A DNA stretch of 64,000 nt, from NCBI GenBank assembly GCA_000165425.1, contig CT868654.1, forward strand, positions 1 to 64,000. Direction: 5' to 3'. The first letter of the stretch is position 1, and every line of letters starts with the position of its first letter. The notes beneath the pieces are model-generated. The model was not told where the DNA came from and did no database searches. It saw only the letters and a list, made by a program, of their open reading frames with translations. The DNA comes from Paramecium tetraurelia. Lineage: Eukaryota. The position numbers and the translations under genes were made by a program. Below are positions 63,428 to 64,000 of this stretch, in pieces.

Positions 63428-64000
63428 TCATTTTTTTAATATTTTATCTTTTAATTTTTCCATTGCATCTTTAACCACTTTAATTTCATCTTCCTTCAAA
63501 TCTCTTTTTATTTTTAAGAAGTTTTCAGGTTACTTTAAAATGGTTTCGACTACACCTAATACCTCATGCTTTATTTCAGATGAGATCAATACTTTAAAGT
63601 CTCTTGCTAAAAAGCTAATTTGTTTCTTTTAAAAATAACGGTCTTGTTTCATTTTACATATTTATTTTATAATATCGTATATATCTAATTATGTCTTCGG
63701 TATTTCTTCAAACAGTTTAAAAGTAGTTAAAAGTTGTATCATTAATTCTATGAAATCGAATTTCCTATTTTTGTAATTTTTAAAATCTAATTTTTAATCT
63801 TCTAAATTTTTGTCTGTTGTGGTGTAAAATTTAATAACATTTTAAATTTTATCAAATAATTCCTTTTTATCAAATAATTCCTTTTTATCAAATTATTCCT
63901 TTTTATCTAATTATTTCTTTTTATCATTCTCTTTGAAATCAAGTAGATTGATCCAGTTACAATTATTATTAATAAAGCACTTCATTAAAATTGAATTTAT
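63428..64000 (-). CDS. 3' end of a hypothetical protein (partial)
   Basis: Open code-6 frame from the window edge to TGA at 63428-63430. Confidence 0.65.
63847..63926. repeat. 18-bp tandem repeat (about 4.4 copies)
   Basis: TTTTATCAAATAATTCCT units at 63847, 63865, 63883 and 63901, encoding DKKELF-like repeats on the minus strand. Confidence 0.9.

Overview
This is AT-rich, gene-dense eukaryotic DNA that reads as a ciliate macronuclear scaffold, very likely Paramecium. TAA/TAG behave as Gln and TGA is the only stop (translation table 6). Introns are tiny GT..AG elements of about 20-32 nt, and intergenic spacers are often under 60 nt. The supplied standard-code ORF track therefore fragments the real genes, and many of its entries are antisense artefacts. 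Hand re-translation in code 6 gives about 35 genes. In order they include: a frameshifted WD40 gene with highly conserved repeats, a TORTIFOLIA1/SPR2-like HEAT protein, a Trf4/Cid-type nucleotidyltransferase, Rab21, casein kinase 1, several Zn-finger/coiled-coil proteins, a candidate Integrator subunit 8, an FKBP-like/TPR protein, PP2C, a cyclic-nucleotide phosphodiesterase, WDR33/Pfs2, a DH-PH-PX-FERM RhoGEF, a NACHT-like protein, a tandem pair of MGCC-acylated paralogues, Vps8, an ARL6-like GTPase, a membrane-anchored aspartyl protease, PLAA/Doa1, a Cys-rich surface-antigen-like protein, a USP deubiquitinase, a PHD/SP-RING SUMO ligase and MEMO1. There are two 150-N assembly gaps. No tRNA, rRNA, CRISPR or recognisable transposon was seen. 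The most notable observations are divergent gene pairs whose start codons are only 5-17 nt apart, the INTS8-like gene, and several catalytic-residue substitutions. All homology calls come from motif recognition by eye; no database search was run.
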